Assembly (NCBI GenBank): GCA_035518715.1
Contig: DATIXJ010000043.1
Coordinates: 88,386-152,385, forward strand
Origin: Bacteroidota bacterium
Lineage (GTDB): Bacteria > Bacteroidota > Ignavibacteria > UBA10030 > SZUA-254
DNA: 64,000 nt
Reading direction: 5' to 3'
The translations under genes were made by a program, and so were the position numbers. Under the pieces are notes generated by a model. That model did no database searches. It was given only the letters and a program-made list of their open reading frames with translations, and had not been told where the DNA came from. Below, piece by piece: positions 9,536-19,600 of this stretch (the first letter of the stretch is position 1; the number at the start of each line of letters is the position of its first letter).

Positions 9536-9620
9536 TAAATTTATTTATGAAAAAATCAAGGTGGGGGGCACAACGCCGGGAACAGGTGAACGGAAGGAGA
9601 GGGGGGTGACCGGAAGTTTC

Positions 9621-10892
9621 TTACCGGGCCTTTGCTTCCTGCCTCGCGACGACGGTATTGTAGATGAACATGAGGATTGTTGCCAGCACCCCGACGCCGA
9701 TAAGTGCAATCCAGACCATCTTCGGGCTGCCCGTCGCACGGGCATTTTGATAGAGCCAGCCACCAAGCGGATCGCCAACAAACCGCGCAATCGCAATCGG
9801 AAGGAACGCGTAGCCCTGAAAAAGTCCCTGCTGTCCCGGCGGGGCGATTTCGGAAATATATTCATAATACCGCGGCGCCTGGATCATTTCACCGATCGAA
9901 AATGCGACTATGCCCGCGGCAATAGTCGGAATGCTCGGCGCGATCCCGATGATCACCCAGATAAGCGCCGATACGCCGAACCCCACGAGTATCGCATTGC
10001 GTGTGTGAATCTTCTTGGTAAACCAGTTTACCGGGATCTGGAGAAGGATGATCGCCCCGGCTCCCGCCCACGATTGGATGATTTCATACGGAGCGTTCTT
10101 ATCGATAAAATCAGTGATATAGTATGGGATGATAATGTATTCCTGCCAGAAGATGATCCAGTAGAGAGAATAGATCAGAAGAAGAATCATGAACTTCACA
10201 TTCCCCAGCACCACAAACAGATTGGCAATTTTCTTCCCGAGAGATTCGGTGACTTCGGTGCCCTCCTTTTTGACATCCCTGTACAGGAGGAGATTTACCA
10301 CGAGCATGGCAAGGCAGGCGAGTGATGAGACGAGGTAGACAAACTGGTTTCCCACGCTGTCGCGCACAAAATACGCGATCGTCGGACCGATCATCGCACC
10401 GACATTCACCAGCCAGTAATAAATGGCGTACCCGAGAGATTTCGTCTCCTCGGTTGAGGTAACAGCGACAGTTCCCAGGACGGAAGGTTTGATGAACGAT
10501 CCGCCAAACGCGGTAAAGACCAGAAATACCAGGACAAGCCAGTAATGATCGAGCCCGCCGTACAGGCCGGCAAAGGCATTCATGCCAACAGATCCAATGA
10601 GAAAATAGCCGAAGGCCAGAATAGTGAACGCAATACTGAATGCCCTGCGAAACCCCCACTTGTCGGCAAGCGTGCCGCCCAGAATCGGGAACAGATAGAG
10701 GAGTCCGCCGAACATGCCCGAAAGCTGGCCCGCATGTGCCTCGTCGAAGCCGAGCCGGTTCCGCATGTAAATCATGAATACAATCTGCTGACCGTAGTAT
10801 GCAAGCCGCTCGAAGAGTTCCATGACGTTCGCAACCCAGAACGATCGGTGAAAACCTTTCCTCACGTTTTCCAGCCCGGTCTTCAGTGACAT
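9621..10892 (-). CDS. MFS transporter, probably a proton-dependent oligopeptide transporter (POT/PTR2 family)
   Basis: Multiple TM helices. ELFERLAYYG matches the POT signature ExxERFxYYG. It is short for the family at 423 aa. Confidence 0.55.
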   Translation of the reverse strand: MSLKTGLENVRKGFHRSFWVANVMELFERLAYYGQQIVFMIYMRNRLGFDEAHAGQLSGMFGGLLYLFPILGGTLADKWGFRRAFSIAFTILAFGYFLIGSVGMNAFAGLYGGLDHYWLVLVFLVFTAFGGSFIKPSVLGTVAVTSTEETKSLGYAIYYWLVNVGAMIGPTIAYFVRDSVGNQFVYLVSSLACLAMLVVNLLLYRDVKKEGTEVTESLGKKIANLFVVLGNVKFMILLLIYSLYWIIFWQEYIIIPYYITDFIDKNAPYEIIQSWAGAGAIILLQIPVNWFTKKIHTRNAILVGFGVSALIWVIIGIAPSIPTIAAGIVAFSIGEMIQAPRYYEYISEIAPPGQQGLFQGYAFLPIAIARFVGDPLGGWLYQNARATGSPKMVWIALIGVGVLATILMFIYNTVVARQEAKAR

Positions 10893-11121
10893 GAACTACT
10901 CCTTTGTGTTGATGACGAACACCATCTCATTCCAAAACACGAAAAAGTAGCGAAATGAGCCGAGAGAATCAAGACATATCAAGCCGGAAAGAGAACTCAT
11001 GGCCCTCATCTCTGCGATCTGCGTCATTGAACCTCAATCGATTTTTCGTTATCTTAAAATGCATTTTTGTTGAGATTTCAATCATTTTTCATCAGTTCCT
11101 TGCATAAGTAAGGATGGAAGC

Positions 11122-12957
11122 ATGGCATTGCAGCAGGATATCACCAACCGGAAACTCCAGTTGTGGGTCCGGGATATGGAAACCTTGTGTCAGCCGGACA
11201 CCGTCCAGTGGTGCGACGGCTCCGACGAGGAATACCGGTGCTTGTGTGAACAACTCGTTTCCACGGGGACGTTCACCCGGCTAAATTCGCAGAAGCGTCC
11301 CAACAGCTTTCTTTGCCGGTCAGATCCCGGAGATGTTGCCCGTGTGGAAGACCGCACATTCATCTGCAGCATCCGGAAGGAAGATGCCGGACCGACAAAT
11401 AACTGGGTGCATCCGAAGGAGATGAAGGAAACGCTGCTGAAGCTTTTCCGCGGCTGTATGCGGGGAAGAACGATGTACATCATTCCGTTCAGCATGGGAC
11501 CGCTCGGGTCTCCGATTGCACACATCGGCATACAGGTCACCGACTCTCCGTACGTCGTCGTCAGCATGAAGATCATGACCCGGATGGGAAAACAGGCGCT
11601 CGAAGTTCTTGGCAACGGTGAATTCGTTCCGTGCCTGCATTCAGTCGGAATGCCACTCCTCCCCGGCCAAAACGATGTTCCCTGGCCGTGCAACAAGGAT
11701 CACAAATACATCGTTCATTTTCCGGAAGAGCGGACAATCTGGTCGTACGGGAGCGGGTACGGCGGCAATGCTCTTCTTGGGAAGAAGTGTTTTGCCCTCC
11801 GCATCGCATCATCCATGGCACGTGAAGAAGGCTGGCTCGCCGAGCACATGCTTATACTCGGAGTTCAATCTCCTGACGGAGAAAAGACGTACGTCGCCGC
11901 GGCGTTTCCAAGCGCCTGCGGAAAGACCAACCTCGCCATGCTCATCCCTCCGAAAGCACTCAAAGGATGGAACGTCACGACAGTCGGCGATGATATCGCC
12001 TGGATCAAGCCAGGATCCGATGGGCGTCTGTACGCGATTAATCCTGAAGCCGGGTATTTCGGCGTTGCTCCCGGAACCTCGGAGAAGACAAATCCCAACG
12101 TGATGAAGTGCATCAGCCGGAACACGATTTTTACCAACGTGGCACTCACGCCCGACGGAGATGTCTGGTGGGAAGGACTGACGGAAACGCCGCCGCCGAA
12201 ACTGACCGACTGGCGCGGCGAGGAGTGGACGCCGGCCCTGGGAAAAGTGGCGGCACATCCGAACGCGAGATTCACAACCCCGGCACATCAGAACCCGATC
12301 ATCGATCCATCGTGGGAAGAGCCGCTTGGCGTGCCAATTGATGCACTGATCTTCGGCGGAAGAAGAAGCGGGACTGTGCCTCTGGTCTACCAGGCCGATA
12401 ATTGGAATTTTGGCGTCTACATCGCAGCGACGATGGGTTCGGAGACGACCGCAGCTGCTACCGGTGAAGTCGGAAAAGTCCGGCGTGACCCCATGGCTAT
12501 GCTCCCGTTCTGCGGATATCACATGGCGGATTATCTTAATCACTGGCTGCAGTTCGGCAGAAATCTTCCGAATCCGCCGCGTATCTTTGCCGTCAACTGG
12601 TTCCGCAAGGACGAGCGCGGAAAATTTCTCTGGCCCGGTTACAGCGAGAACATGCGTGTCCTGAAATGGATCGTAGAGAGAACCCGTGGCCGCGGTTATG
12701 GGGTCGAGCGACCGCTCGGCTGGATGCCGCGGTATGAGGATATTTCCTGGGAAGGATTGGAAGAGTTTACGCCGGAAAGATTTCAAAAGATCATGTCGGT
12801 GAAGAATGACGAGTGGAAGAACGAGATCCTCTCCCAGCAGGAGCTTTTTTCAAAACTTTATGACAAACTGCCAAAAGAATTCATTTTTATGCGCGAGCTG
12901 ATCCTCTCCAGCATCTGGCGTTCACCCGAACACGGAGAACTCGCACAGGAACGATAA
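11122..12957 (+). CDS. pckG: Phosphoenolpyruvate carboxykinase (GTP)
   Basis: 611 aa. Has the kinase-1a P-loop [15 protein letters not shown] and overall PEPCK-GTP similarity (...WEGLTETPP..., ...FGGRRSG...). Confidence 0.9.
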   Translation: MALQQDITNRKLQLWVRDMETLCQPDTVQWCDGSDEEYRCLCEQLVSTGTFTRLNSQKRPNSFLCRSDPGDVARVEDRTFICSIRKEDAGPTNNWVHPKEMKETLLKLFRGCMRGRTMYIIPFSMGPLGSPIAHIGIQVTDSPYVVVSMKIMTRMGKQALEVLGNGEFVPCLHSVGMPLLPGQNDVPWPCNKDHKYIVHFPEERTIWSYGSGYGGNALLGKKCFALRIASSMAREEGWLAEHMLILGVQSPDGEKTYVAAAFPSACGKTNLAMLIPPKALKGWNVTTVGDDIAWIKPGSDGRLYAINPEAGYFGVAPGTSEKTNPNVMKCISRNTIFTNVALTPDGDVWWEGLTETPPPKLTDWRGEEWTPALGKVAAHPNARFTTPAHQNPIIDPSWEEPLGVPIDALIFGGRRSGTVPLVYQADNWNFGVYIAATMGSETTAAATGEVGKVRRDPMAMLPFCGYHMADYLNHWLQFGRNLPNPPRIFAVNWFRKDERGKFLWPGYSENMRVLKWIVERTRGRGYGVERPLGWMPRYEDISWEGLEEFTPERFQKIMSVKNDEWKNEILSQQELFSKLYDKLPKEFIFMRELILSSIWRSPEHGELAQER

Positions 12958-12962
12958 GCATT

Positions 12963-14003
12963 ATGAACGCAGTTCGGTTTCATGCCTTCGGCGGACCCGA
13001 GGTATTGCAATACGAAGAGGCGCCAGATCCCAAGCCGGGGCCCAATGATGTCCTTCTGGAGCTCAAAGCTGCAGCGCTCAATCATCTCGACATCTGGGTA
13101 CGAAGCGGTGCCCGCGAGAAGAATATTCCGCTGCCACACATTCCCGGTTCGGACGGCGCGGGAATTATCCTGGGGACCGGCTCCGAAGTCAAAACGTATA
13201 AACCGGGAGACCGCGTTCTCATCTCACCCGGACTTTCCTGCGGCCACTGTGCCGCCTGCCTGCAGGGGCGGGACAATCTCTGCCGCGAATATCGCGTCCT
13301 TGGCACGAAAGAAAATGGAACGTATGCTGAAAGAATCTCACTTCCAGCGGTGAACGTTCTTCCCATACCAGACGGTCTGGATTTTCCCGATGCAGCAGCC
13401 GTTCCTCTCGTTTTTCTCACAGCGTGGCACATGCTGGTCACACTTGCCCGGATTACGGCAGGCGAGACAGTCCTGGTTCACGGGGCAGGAAGCGGTGTCG
13501 GGTCGGCTGCAATTCAGATTGCCAAGATACTCGGTGCGCGCGTCATCACCACCGCCGGCTCTCCGGAAAAACTCTCAAAGGCAAAATTACGGGGTGCCGA
13601 TGAATTGATCGACTACCGTGAGAAAGATTTTGCCGAAGAGGTGCGGCGCTTGACCGAAAAGCGCGGCGTCGATGTGGTCTTTGAGCACGTCGGCGGAAAG
13701 GTTTTCGAAAAGAGTGTTACGGTTCTCGCAAAAGGAGGCAGACTCGTGACATGCGGCGCAACGTCGGAATTCATGGCGTCACTGGATATCCGATACGTCT
13801 ACTCGCGTCATCAAACCCTCTTCGGTTCGTGGATGGGCGGAAAAGCCGAATTGATCCAAGTTCTGAAATTTTTCGACGGCGGCCCAACCAGCCGAAAACT
13901 CCACCCGGTGATCGACAGCGTTCATCCGTTGAGCAAAGCCGCCGAAGCACATCAGCGTATGGAAGAACGCAAAAACTTCGGCAAAATCGTTCTCACGATG
14001 TAG
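12963..14003 (+). CDS. Zn-dependent alcohol dehydrogenase / quinone oxidoreductase (MDR superfamily)
   Basis: Contains a GHCAACLQGRDNLC structural-zinc motif and the NAD(P)-binding segment GAGSGVGSAAIQIAKILGA. Confidence 0.8.
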   Translation: MNAVRFHAFGGPEVLQYEEAPDPKPGPNDVLLELKAAALNHLDIWVRSGAREKNIPLPHIPGSDGAGIILGTGSEVKTYKPGDRVLISPGLSCGHCAACLQGRDNLCREYRVLGTKENGTYAERISLPAVNVLPIPDGLDFPDAAAVPLVFLTAWHMLVTLARITAGETVLVHGAGSGVGSAAIQIAKILGARVITTAGSPEKLSKAKLRGADELIDYREKDFAEEVRRLTEKRGVDVVFEHVGGKVFEKSVTVLAKGGRLVTCGATSEFMASLDIRYVYSRHQTLFGSWMGGKAELIQVLKFFDGGPTSRKLHPVIDSVHPLSKAAEAHQRMEERKNFGKIVLTM

Positions 14004-14007
14004 CACC

Positions 14008-14988
14008 GTGGTTACACTTCAGGATATCGAGAACGCGTACGCTACACTCAAACCGGTCGTTCACAAGACCCCGCTTCTCTCATCCCGCACATTGAACGAC
14101 CTCCTGCACAACGAGGTCTGGTTTAAGGGAGAGAACTTTCAGCGCATCGGTGCCTTCAAGATCCGCGGAGCGTACAATAAGATCTCATCCCTCTCCGAAG
14201 TCGAGCGCCGGTGCGGCGTTATTGCGCACTCTTCGGGAAACCACGCGCAGGGAGTCGCCCTGGCCAGCAGACTCTTCGGATTAAAGGCCGTGATCGTCAT
14301 GCCCCACAATTCGGTACGCTCAAAAGTCGAGGCGACCAAAGGATACGGAGCTGAAGTTATATTTTGTGAGGATTCCACCGACGACCGCGAACGCGTGACC
14401 GACGAGCTCATAAAGTCTCACGGCTACACGTTGATTCATCCCTTCAACGACGAGAAGCTCATCGCGGGCCAGGGGACCGTCGGGCTTGAAATATGCCAGG
14501 ACCTGTCATCCCTCGATTATCTCTTCGTGCCGGTAGGTGGTGGCGGGCTCATCTCAGGATGCGCAACGGCGGTGAAGCATGTATTCCCTGGCGTGAAGGT
14601 CATCGGCGTGGAAACGGAAGGGGCGAATGACGCGTTCCAGACATTTCGTCAAAAACGGATTGTGAAAATACCGTCTGCGTCAACAATCGCCGACGGCATG
14701 CGGACCCTCTCGGTCGGCCCATTGAATTTTGAGATCATCATGAAGTATGTTGATGACATCATCACGGTGACGGATGAGGACGTTCTCACGGCAATGAGAT
14801 TCTTCTTTGAACGTATGAAAGTGGTGGTCGAGCCGACCGGCGCAGTCGCCCCTGCAGCAGTACTCACGGATAAACTTCACCTCAAAGGGAAGAAAATCTG
14901 TGGGGTCATCAGTGGTGGAAATGTCGACGCGGAAGTGTTCCGGTCAATGCTCGCAGGAGTTCGCGGGGAGAAATACGTTTTCCGTTGA
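14008..14988 (+). CDS. Threonine/serine dehydratase-like PLP enzyme (fold type II; no ACT domain)
   Basis: PLP-lysine motif QRIGAFKIRGAYNK and glycine loop GGGGLISG. At 326 aa it resembles catabolic threonine dehydratase or serine racemase-like enzymes. Confidence 0.75.
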   Translation: MVTLQDIENAYATLKPVVHKTPLLSSRTLNDLLHNEVWFKGENFQRIGAFKIRGAYNKISSLSEVERRCGVIAHSSGNHAQGVALASRLFGLKAVIVMPHNSVRSKVEATKGYGAEVIFCEDSTDDRERVTDELIKSHGYTLIHPFNDEKLIAGQGTVGLEICQDLSSLDYLFVPVGGGGLISGCATAVKHVFPGVKVIGVETEGANDAFQTFRQKRIVKIPSASTIADGMRTLSVGPLNFEIIMKYVDDIITVTDEDVLTAMRFFFERMKVVVEPTGAVAPAAVLTDKLHLKGKKICGVISGGNVDAEVFRSMLAGVRGEKYVFR

Positions 14989-15022
14989 CTCGCATCCGGG
15001 AATTGTTTAGATTTTTCCTTCG

Positions 15023-15370
15023 TTGTACACATCATCATTCACTGTTCTTTTCCACACATTTGGAGGAGTTATGTTCGTCATCCGTGATATCATGTACTGC
15101 AAACCCGGCCAGGTTCGGCCGATGGTCGAAAAGTTTCTGGCGCTCGCCAAGACCATGAAGAAAGAGGGACTCGGACCTATGCGCGTCATGACCGATCTGT
15201 CGGCAGAAAAATACTGGACCGTCGTTTCCGAAATGGAGGTAAAGGATCTTGGGGAATTCACCAACATGTCACGTGAACTCATGAAGAACAAAGATCTGCA
15301 AAAGATCATGAAGGGATATCACGACCTCATCCAATCGGGTAGGCGCGAGATTTACGTTATGGAAAAATGA
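15023..15370 (+). CDS. Small hypothetical protein of ~100 aa; the true start is probably internal (MFVIRDIMY...)
   Basis: An intact ORF with consistent coding character. I recognise no motif in it. Confidence 0.4.
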   Translation: MYTSSFTVLFHTFGGVMFVIRDIMYCKPGQVRPMVEKFLALAKTMKKEGLGPMRVMTDLSAEKYWTVVSEMEVKDLGEFTNMSRELMKNKDLQKIMKGYHDLIQSGRREIYVMEK

Positions 15371-15402
15371 AATGAACCGGTGTAGTCCGCAACTCCTGCG
15401 GA

Positions 15403-16608
15403 CTACACCTTTTTCAATGCCTGCCGGAAGTCATCAATCAGATCCTTCACCCCCTCAACTCCAACTGAAATTCGTACCATCCCCGGCGTGACGCCGTGTT
15501 TCTGCAGCTCGGCCTCGTCCATATTGATGTGCGACGAATAGACCGGGATGCTGACGAGCGTTTCGACCCCTCCCAATGACATCGCGTTGACTGCCACTTT
15601 CAGTGAATCGCAAACCTTCACAGCGGCTTTCACTCCTCCTTTCACTTCCACCGTCACCATACCGCCAAACCCCGACATCTGTTTTCTCGCAAGGGCATTC
15701 TGCGGATGTGACCGAAGCCCGGGATAGATCACGCGGGAAATTCTCGGGTGCTTTTCGAGGGCACCGGCAAGTGCAACAGCATTATCGTTCTGACGCAGGA
15801 CCCGGAGCTCGAATGTTTTCAGACTCCTGTCCAGAAGATACGACATGAACGGATCCGGGGTCGCACCGAGATGTTTTGCAAGATCTTTTGCTTTGCGGAT
15901 GAATGAATTGTCCCCCACGAGAACACCTCCGAGTATGTCGGCATGACCGCCCAGATACTTTGTGGCACTTTCCATGATCACGTCCACACCATACTCGAAC
16001 GGTTTCTGGTTGAGACAAGTGGCAAACGTGTTGTCGATGATAATCGTGATCTTCGAACGAAACTCTTTTTCCATCCTCCGTGTAAGCCGGACAAGCTTCT
16101 CGATGTCCACGAGCTGCAGCGTGGGATTTGTCGGAGTCTCAAAATAGACGATCTTCGTCTTCGGCGTGATGAGATAGAGAAGATCGTCGAGCGATCTCGG
16201 ATCAATGTGCTTCACGTGGATGCCGTACTCCGGCAGTGTATCCCGGAAAAAACGGTACGTTCCGCCATACAATGCAGGCGTGCTGACAAGCTCGTCGCCG
16301 AGCTTGCAGAGGGCAAGCACGGCGGTGGAAATTGCCGCCATCCCTGAGGCAAACAATGCCGCAGATTCACCGTTTTCCATCAGCGCAATGCGTTCCTCGA
16401 CTTCCGTAGTTGTGGGATTGTGGTACCGCGTGTACACGAGAACATGAGGGTCGCCCTTGGCATACCTGACGGCATCTCCGGAATTCTCGAACCGGTACGT
16501 GCTCGTCTGGTAGATCGGCGTCGCAACCGGTCCCTTGAACGCATAGAGATGCTTGCCGTGAATAGCTTTCGTGGACAGTGAAAGTCCGTTCGTCTTGATC
16601 TTTCTCAT
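15403..16608 (-). CDS. Cys/Met-metabolism PLP-dependent enzyme (cystathionine gamma-synthase/lyase, methionine gamma-lyase or O-acylhomoserine sulfhydrylase family)
   Basis: PLP motif ESATKYLGGHAD and the YTRYHNPTT N-terminal motif. The track ORF begins at a TTG; the ATG giving MRKIK... at 16608 is the more likely start. Confidence 0.8.
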   Translation of the reverse strand: MRKIKTNGLSLSTKAIHGKHLYAFKGPVATPIYQTSTYRFENSGDAVRYAKGDPHVLVYTRYHNPTTTEVEERIALMENGESAALFASGMAAISTAVLALCKLGDELVSTPALYGGTYRFFRDTLPEYGIHVKHIDPRSLDDLLYLITPKTKIVYFETPTNPTLQLVDIEKLVRLTRRMEKEFRSKITIIIDNTFATCLNQKPFEYGVDVIMESATKYLGGHADILGGVLVGDNSFIRKAKDLAKHLGATPDPFMSYLLDRSLKTFELRVLRQNDNAVALAGALEKHPRISRVIYPGLRSHPQNALARKQMSGFGGMVTVEVKGGVKAAVKVCDSLKVAVNAMSLGGVETLVSIPVYSSHINMDEAELQKHGVTPGMVRISVGVEGVKDLIDDFRQALKKV

Positions 16609-16663
16609 GATACCCCCATGCAGATTATTTCCGGATAAATATTCGATTTCTGAACCGGCATGC

Positions 16664-17431
16664 TCAGCGCGCGCACAGTTGAGCTCTCCCACCGTCAATG
16701 CTGAAGCTCCCGCCGGTTATCCATCCCGCCCGATCCGAGGCGAGGAAGAGAATCAGCTCGGCAACTTCTTCCGGCGTTCCAACACGACCGATGGGATGTG
16801 TGCTTTTGCTGTGCTCGAGAAACTTCGCGTACGCCGGTTCATCCATTCCGCTCGTGCGGTGGAGGTTCGTAACGACCACTCCGGGATCAACCGCGTTCAC
16901 GCGAACACCTTTCGGGCCCAGCTCCAGCGCAGCACAGTGCGTCATCTGATCTATGCCCGCCTTGCTGACACAATATGCGAGAACATTTGGAAACGAACGA
17001 ATACCGGTAACACTCGAAATGTTGACAATATTTCCTTTCCGTTGAATAATGGAAGGAAGAGCAAGCTGGGTCAACCGGAACGCCGACCGGAGATTGATAT
17101 CCATCATCGTATCCCACTGGTCGAGCGTGGTGTTCTCGATCGTTCCGTTCCCGATGATACCGGCAGCGTTCACGAGAACATCAATACCTCCAAAACGCTC
17201 CAGTGTCTTCTCGATGACCTTTTTTCTGTCGGGTTCTCGTGTAAGATCGGCAGGAATAATCTCCACTGAGGAGGCATCCAGCCCGGAAGTACCCGATCGC
17301 AGTTCCTCACCGCGGCGTGCGACGACTGCAACGCGTGCCCCGCGGCGTGCGGCCATCAGCGCTGTCGCTTTCCCGATGCCGCTCGTTGCACCTGTCACGA
17401 TAATGACTTTGTTGTTAAATTCATTTTCCAT
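16664..17431 (-). CDS. SDR family oxidoreductase (3-oxoacyl-ACP reductase-like)
   Basis: NAD(P)-binding motif VIIVTGATSGIGKA plus a catalytic YCVSKAG (YxxxK) segment. The start was trimmed to MENEF... Confidence 0.8.
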   Translation of the reverse strand: MENEFNNKVIIVTGATSGIGKATALMAARRGARVAVVARRGEELRSGTSGLDASSVEIIPADLTREPDRKKVIEKTLERFGGIDVLVNAAGIIGNGTIENTTLDQWDTMMDINLRSAFRLTQLALPSIIQRKGNIVNISSVTGIRSFPNVLAYCVSKAGIDQMTHCAALELGPKGVRVNAVDPGVVVTNLHRTSGMDEPAYAKFLEHSKSTHPIGRVGTPEEVAELILFLASDRAGWITGGSFSIDGGRAQLCAR

Positions 17432-18146
17432 TCGTTCGTGCCTTCTGTAATTCGAGAATCTTCTTCGCCCGCCGGAAGACCGCGTCGAACATCGGCTGAG
17501 TAAGCTTTCCGGTAAAGGTGTTCTGCTGACTGGGATGAAACGAAGCAATCAGCATACAATCGTCACTGAGAGAGTATTCCGCTCCATGGAAAAACGCCGG
17601 ACGTTTCACCAATGCCGTGAGATCCATTTCCCGGGCGGCATCAAATACGGATTCAAATGCAAGCTTGCCCAAACCGATGATCACCCGCACGTTGTTGAGG
17701 AGCCGAAGCTCCTCGAGGAGATACGCACGGCAATTCCTGAATTCTGCCGGCAATGGTTTGTTACCCGGAGGCGCACAGTGCACAGCGGCAGTAATATAGC
17801 AATTCTTCAGCATCAGTCCGTCTTCACGTGCGATCGAATCGGGCTTTGAAGCGAAGCCGAATGTATAGAGCGTGCGGTAGAGCCACTCTCCGCTCCGGTC
17901 GCCGGTGAACATCCTCCCGGTTCTGTTTGCACCGTGCGCAGCGGGAGCAAGCCCCACAATGAGGAGCTGCGCTCTACAGTCACCAAACGAAGGGACCGGC
18001 TTCCCCCAATAATCCCATTCAGAAAAGCGCGCGACCTTTTCGCCGGCGATCTGCTTCCGCCACTCCACGAGACGAGGACACAATTGGCATCGGATAATTT
18101 TTTCATTGAGTGAGCTCAGGGACATGCGCTTCTGCAGAAACGTCAA
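17421..18146 (-). CDS. Uracil-DNA glycosylase, family 4 (Fe-S type)
   Basis: N-terminal CQLCPRLVEWRK cysteine motif, GLAPAAHGANRTGRMFTGDRSG (family 4/5 motif) and C-terminal HPSQQN. Its stop overlaps the SDR gene start by ~11 nt. Confidence 0.75.
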   Translation of the reverse strand: MTFLQKRMSLSSLNEKIIRCQLCPRLVEWRKQIAGEKVARFSEWDYWGKPVPSFGDCRAQLLIVGLAPAAHGANRTGRMFTGDRSGEWLYRTLYTFGFASKPDSIAREDGLMLKNCYITAAVHCAPPGNKPLPAEFRNCRAYLLEELRLLNNVRVIIGLGKLAFESVFDAAREMDLTALVKRPAFFHGAEYSLSDDCMLIASFHPSQQNTFTGKLTQPMFDAVFRRAKKILELQKARTNGK

Positions 18147-18376
18147 TCAAAAAGTAAATAAAAACGGACAATATTCAAACCGGCAGGATCGCATGGGTAT
18201 ATTTGGAGCAAATCGTTCGGGCAAGCCATCCGGAGATCACCTGTCGCGTTGTTTTCCACCTGTTTTTTTCGTACCATACACGGTACGAAGTGTCCAGTTC
18301 GTGGTTTGTCCGATCATCACGCCCAACCACCCGGTTCTTACATCCAGAGATCATTCATCAACGAAAGTGAGGTCTA

Positions 18377-19600
18377 GTGTCTATGAGCGTGAGCCAACTT
18401 GCGCGATCGATCGCTGAATCTCCGACACTCAAACTCAACGAAGAGGCGCGGCTTCTTCGTGAGAAGGGCGAAGCAGTCATTCACCTCGGAGCCGGCGAAC
18501 CCAAAAATAAAGCTCCCATCAATGCCATCCTGAGCTCGGCGGCAAAGCTTGTCACGGGCGACATCAAGTATACACCAACCGACGGAACTCCGGCACTCAA
18601 GAAAGCCATCATCCGTTACACCGAAGAGAACTATGACCGTCTCGTCGCCCCGGAAAATGTCATCGTCTCCGCGGGCGCGAAACAATCCGTCTTCAATGTC
18701 CTCTACTCCATTCTCAATCCCCAGGAGGAAGTGATCATCCTCGCACCGTACTGGGTCAGTTATCCCGAGATGGTGCGCATGGTCTACGGAGTACCTGTTA
18801 TCGTTACCCCGGAAGACGGCACATTCCATCCCCGGCTTGAAGATATCAAGAAGGTTGTCAGCTCGTACACACGGGCGATTATCGTCAACAGCCCGAACAA
18901 TCCTTCCGGCGTCGTCTACAAGGAGGAATTCATCGCGGAGCTGGTGGAATTCTGTGAAGCAAAGGGAATCTATCTGATTGTGGATGACATCTACCACAAA
19001 CTCGTCTTCGGCGGAAGAAAATCTCCCAATGCCTACAGTTTTACGCCCAAGGACATCGAGAATACGAAAGTTATCCTCGTGAACGGGATCTCGAAGCTGT
19101 ATGGCATGACGGGTTTCCGGATCGGATGGTCGATCGCAAACCGGAAACTCACCTCGATCATGACGAACGTTCAGGGACAGATGACAACCACGACATCCGT
19201 CATCCTGCAGGCCGCGGCAGAAGGTGCGCTTATGGGACTCCAGAGTATCGTCGATAATCTCCGGCTCACCATGGAAAACAACCGCAACGTCATGGTCCAG
19301 GAGCTGAAGTCCTTCAACGGCGTGCACCTCATCCCTCCGGACGGGACGTTTTACTGTCTCCCCGATTTCCGCGCATACTCGAAGAAATCAGAAGAGCTTT
19401 CCAACATGCTGCTGAAGAAGGCGCTCGTCGTGACCGTTCCCGGAAAGGAATTTGGGATGGAAGGGCACCTGCGGCTGAGCTTCTGCGGCAGCATCAAGGA
19501 TATCAAACAGGGTATCGAGCGCATTAAATGGGCCCTTGACCCCTGCTCACCGAATGAAATTTATATCGGCGAACGTAAACTCGTGAGGGACTGGCTATGA
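18377..19600 (+). CDS. aspC: Class I/II PLP aminotransferase (aspartate aminotransferase-like)
   Basis: ...SPNNPSG... and NGISKLYGMTGFRIGW (SK...GxRxG lysine region). 407 aa. Overlaps the pckA start by 4 nt. Confidence 0.8.
   Translation: MSMSVSQLARSIAESPTLKLNEEARLLREKGEAVIHLGAGEPKNKAPINAILSSAAKLVTGDIKYTPTDGTPALKKAIIRYTEENYDRLVAPENVIVSAGAKQSVFNVLYSILNPQEEVIILAPYWVSYPEMVRMVYGVPVIVTPEDGTFHPRLEDIKKVVSSYTRAIIVNSPNNPSGVVYKEEFIAELVEFCEAKGIYLIVDDIYHKLVFGGRKSPNAYSFTPKDIENTKVILVNGISKLYGMTGFRIGWSIANRKLTSIMTNVQGQMTTTTSVILQAAAEGALMGLQSIVDNLRLTMENNRNVMVQELKSFNGVHLIPPDGTFYCLPDFRAYSKKSEELSNMLLKKALVVTVPGKEFGMEGHLRLSFCGSIKDIKQGIERIKWALDPCSPNEIYIGERKLVRDWL

Noticed and set aside
11809-12786. 325-aa minus-strand ORF
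   Set aside because: Antisense shadow of pckG.
18374-19327. 317-aa minus-strand ORF
   Set aside because: Antisense shadow of the aspartate aminotransferase gene.
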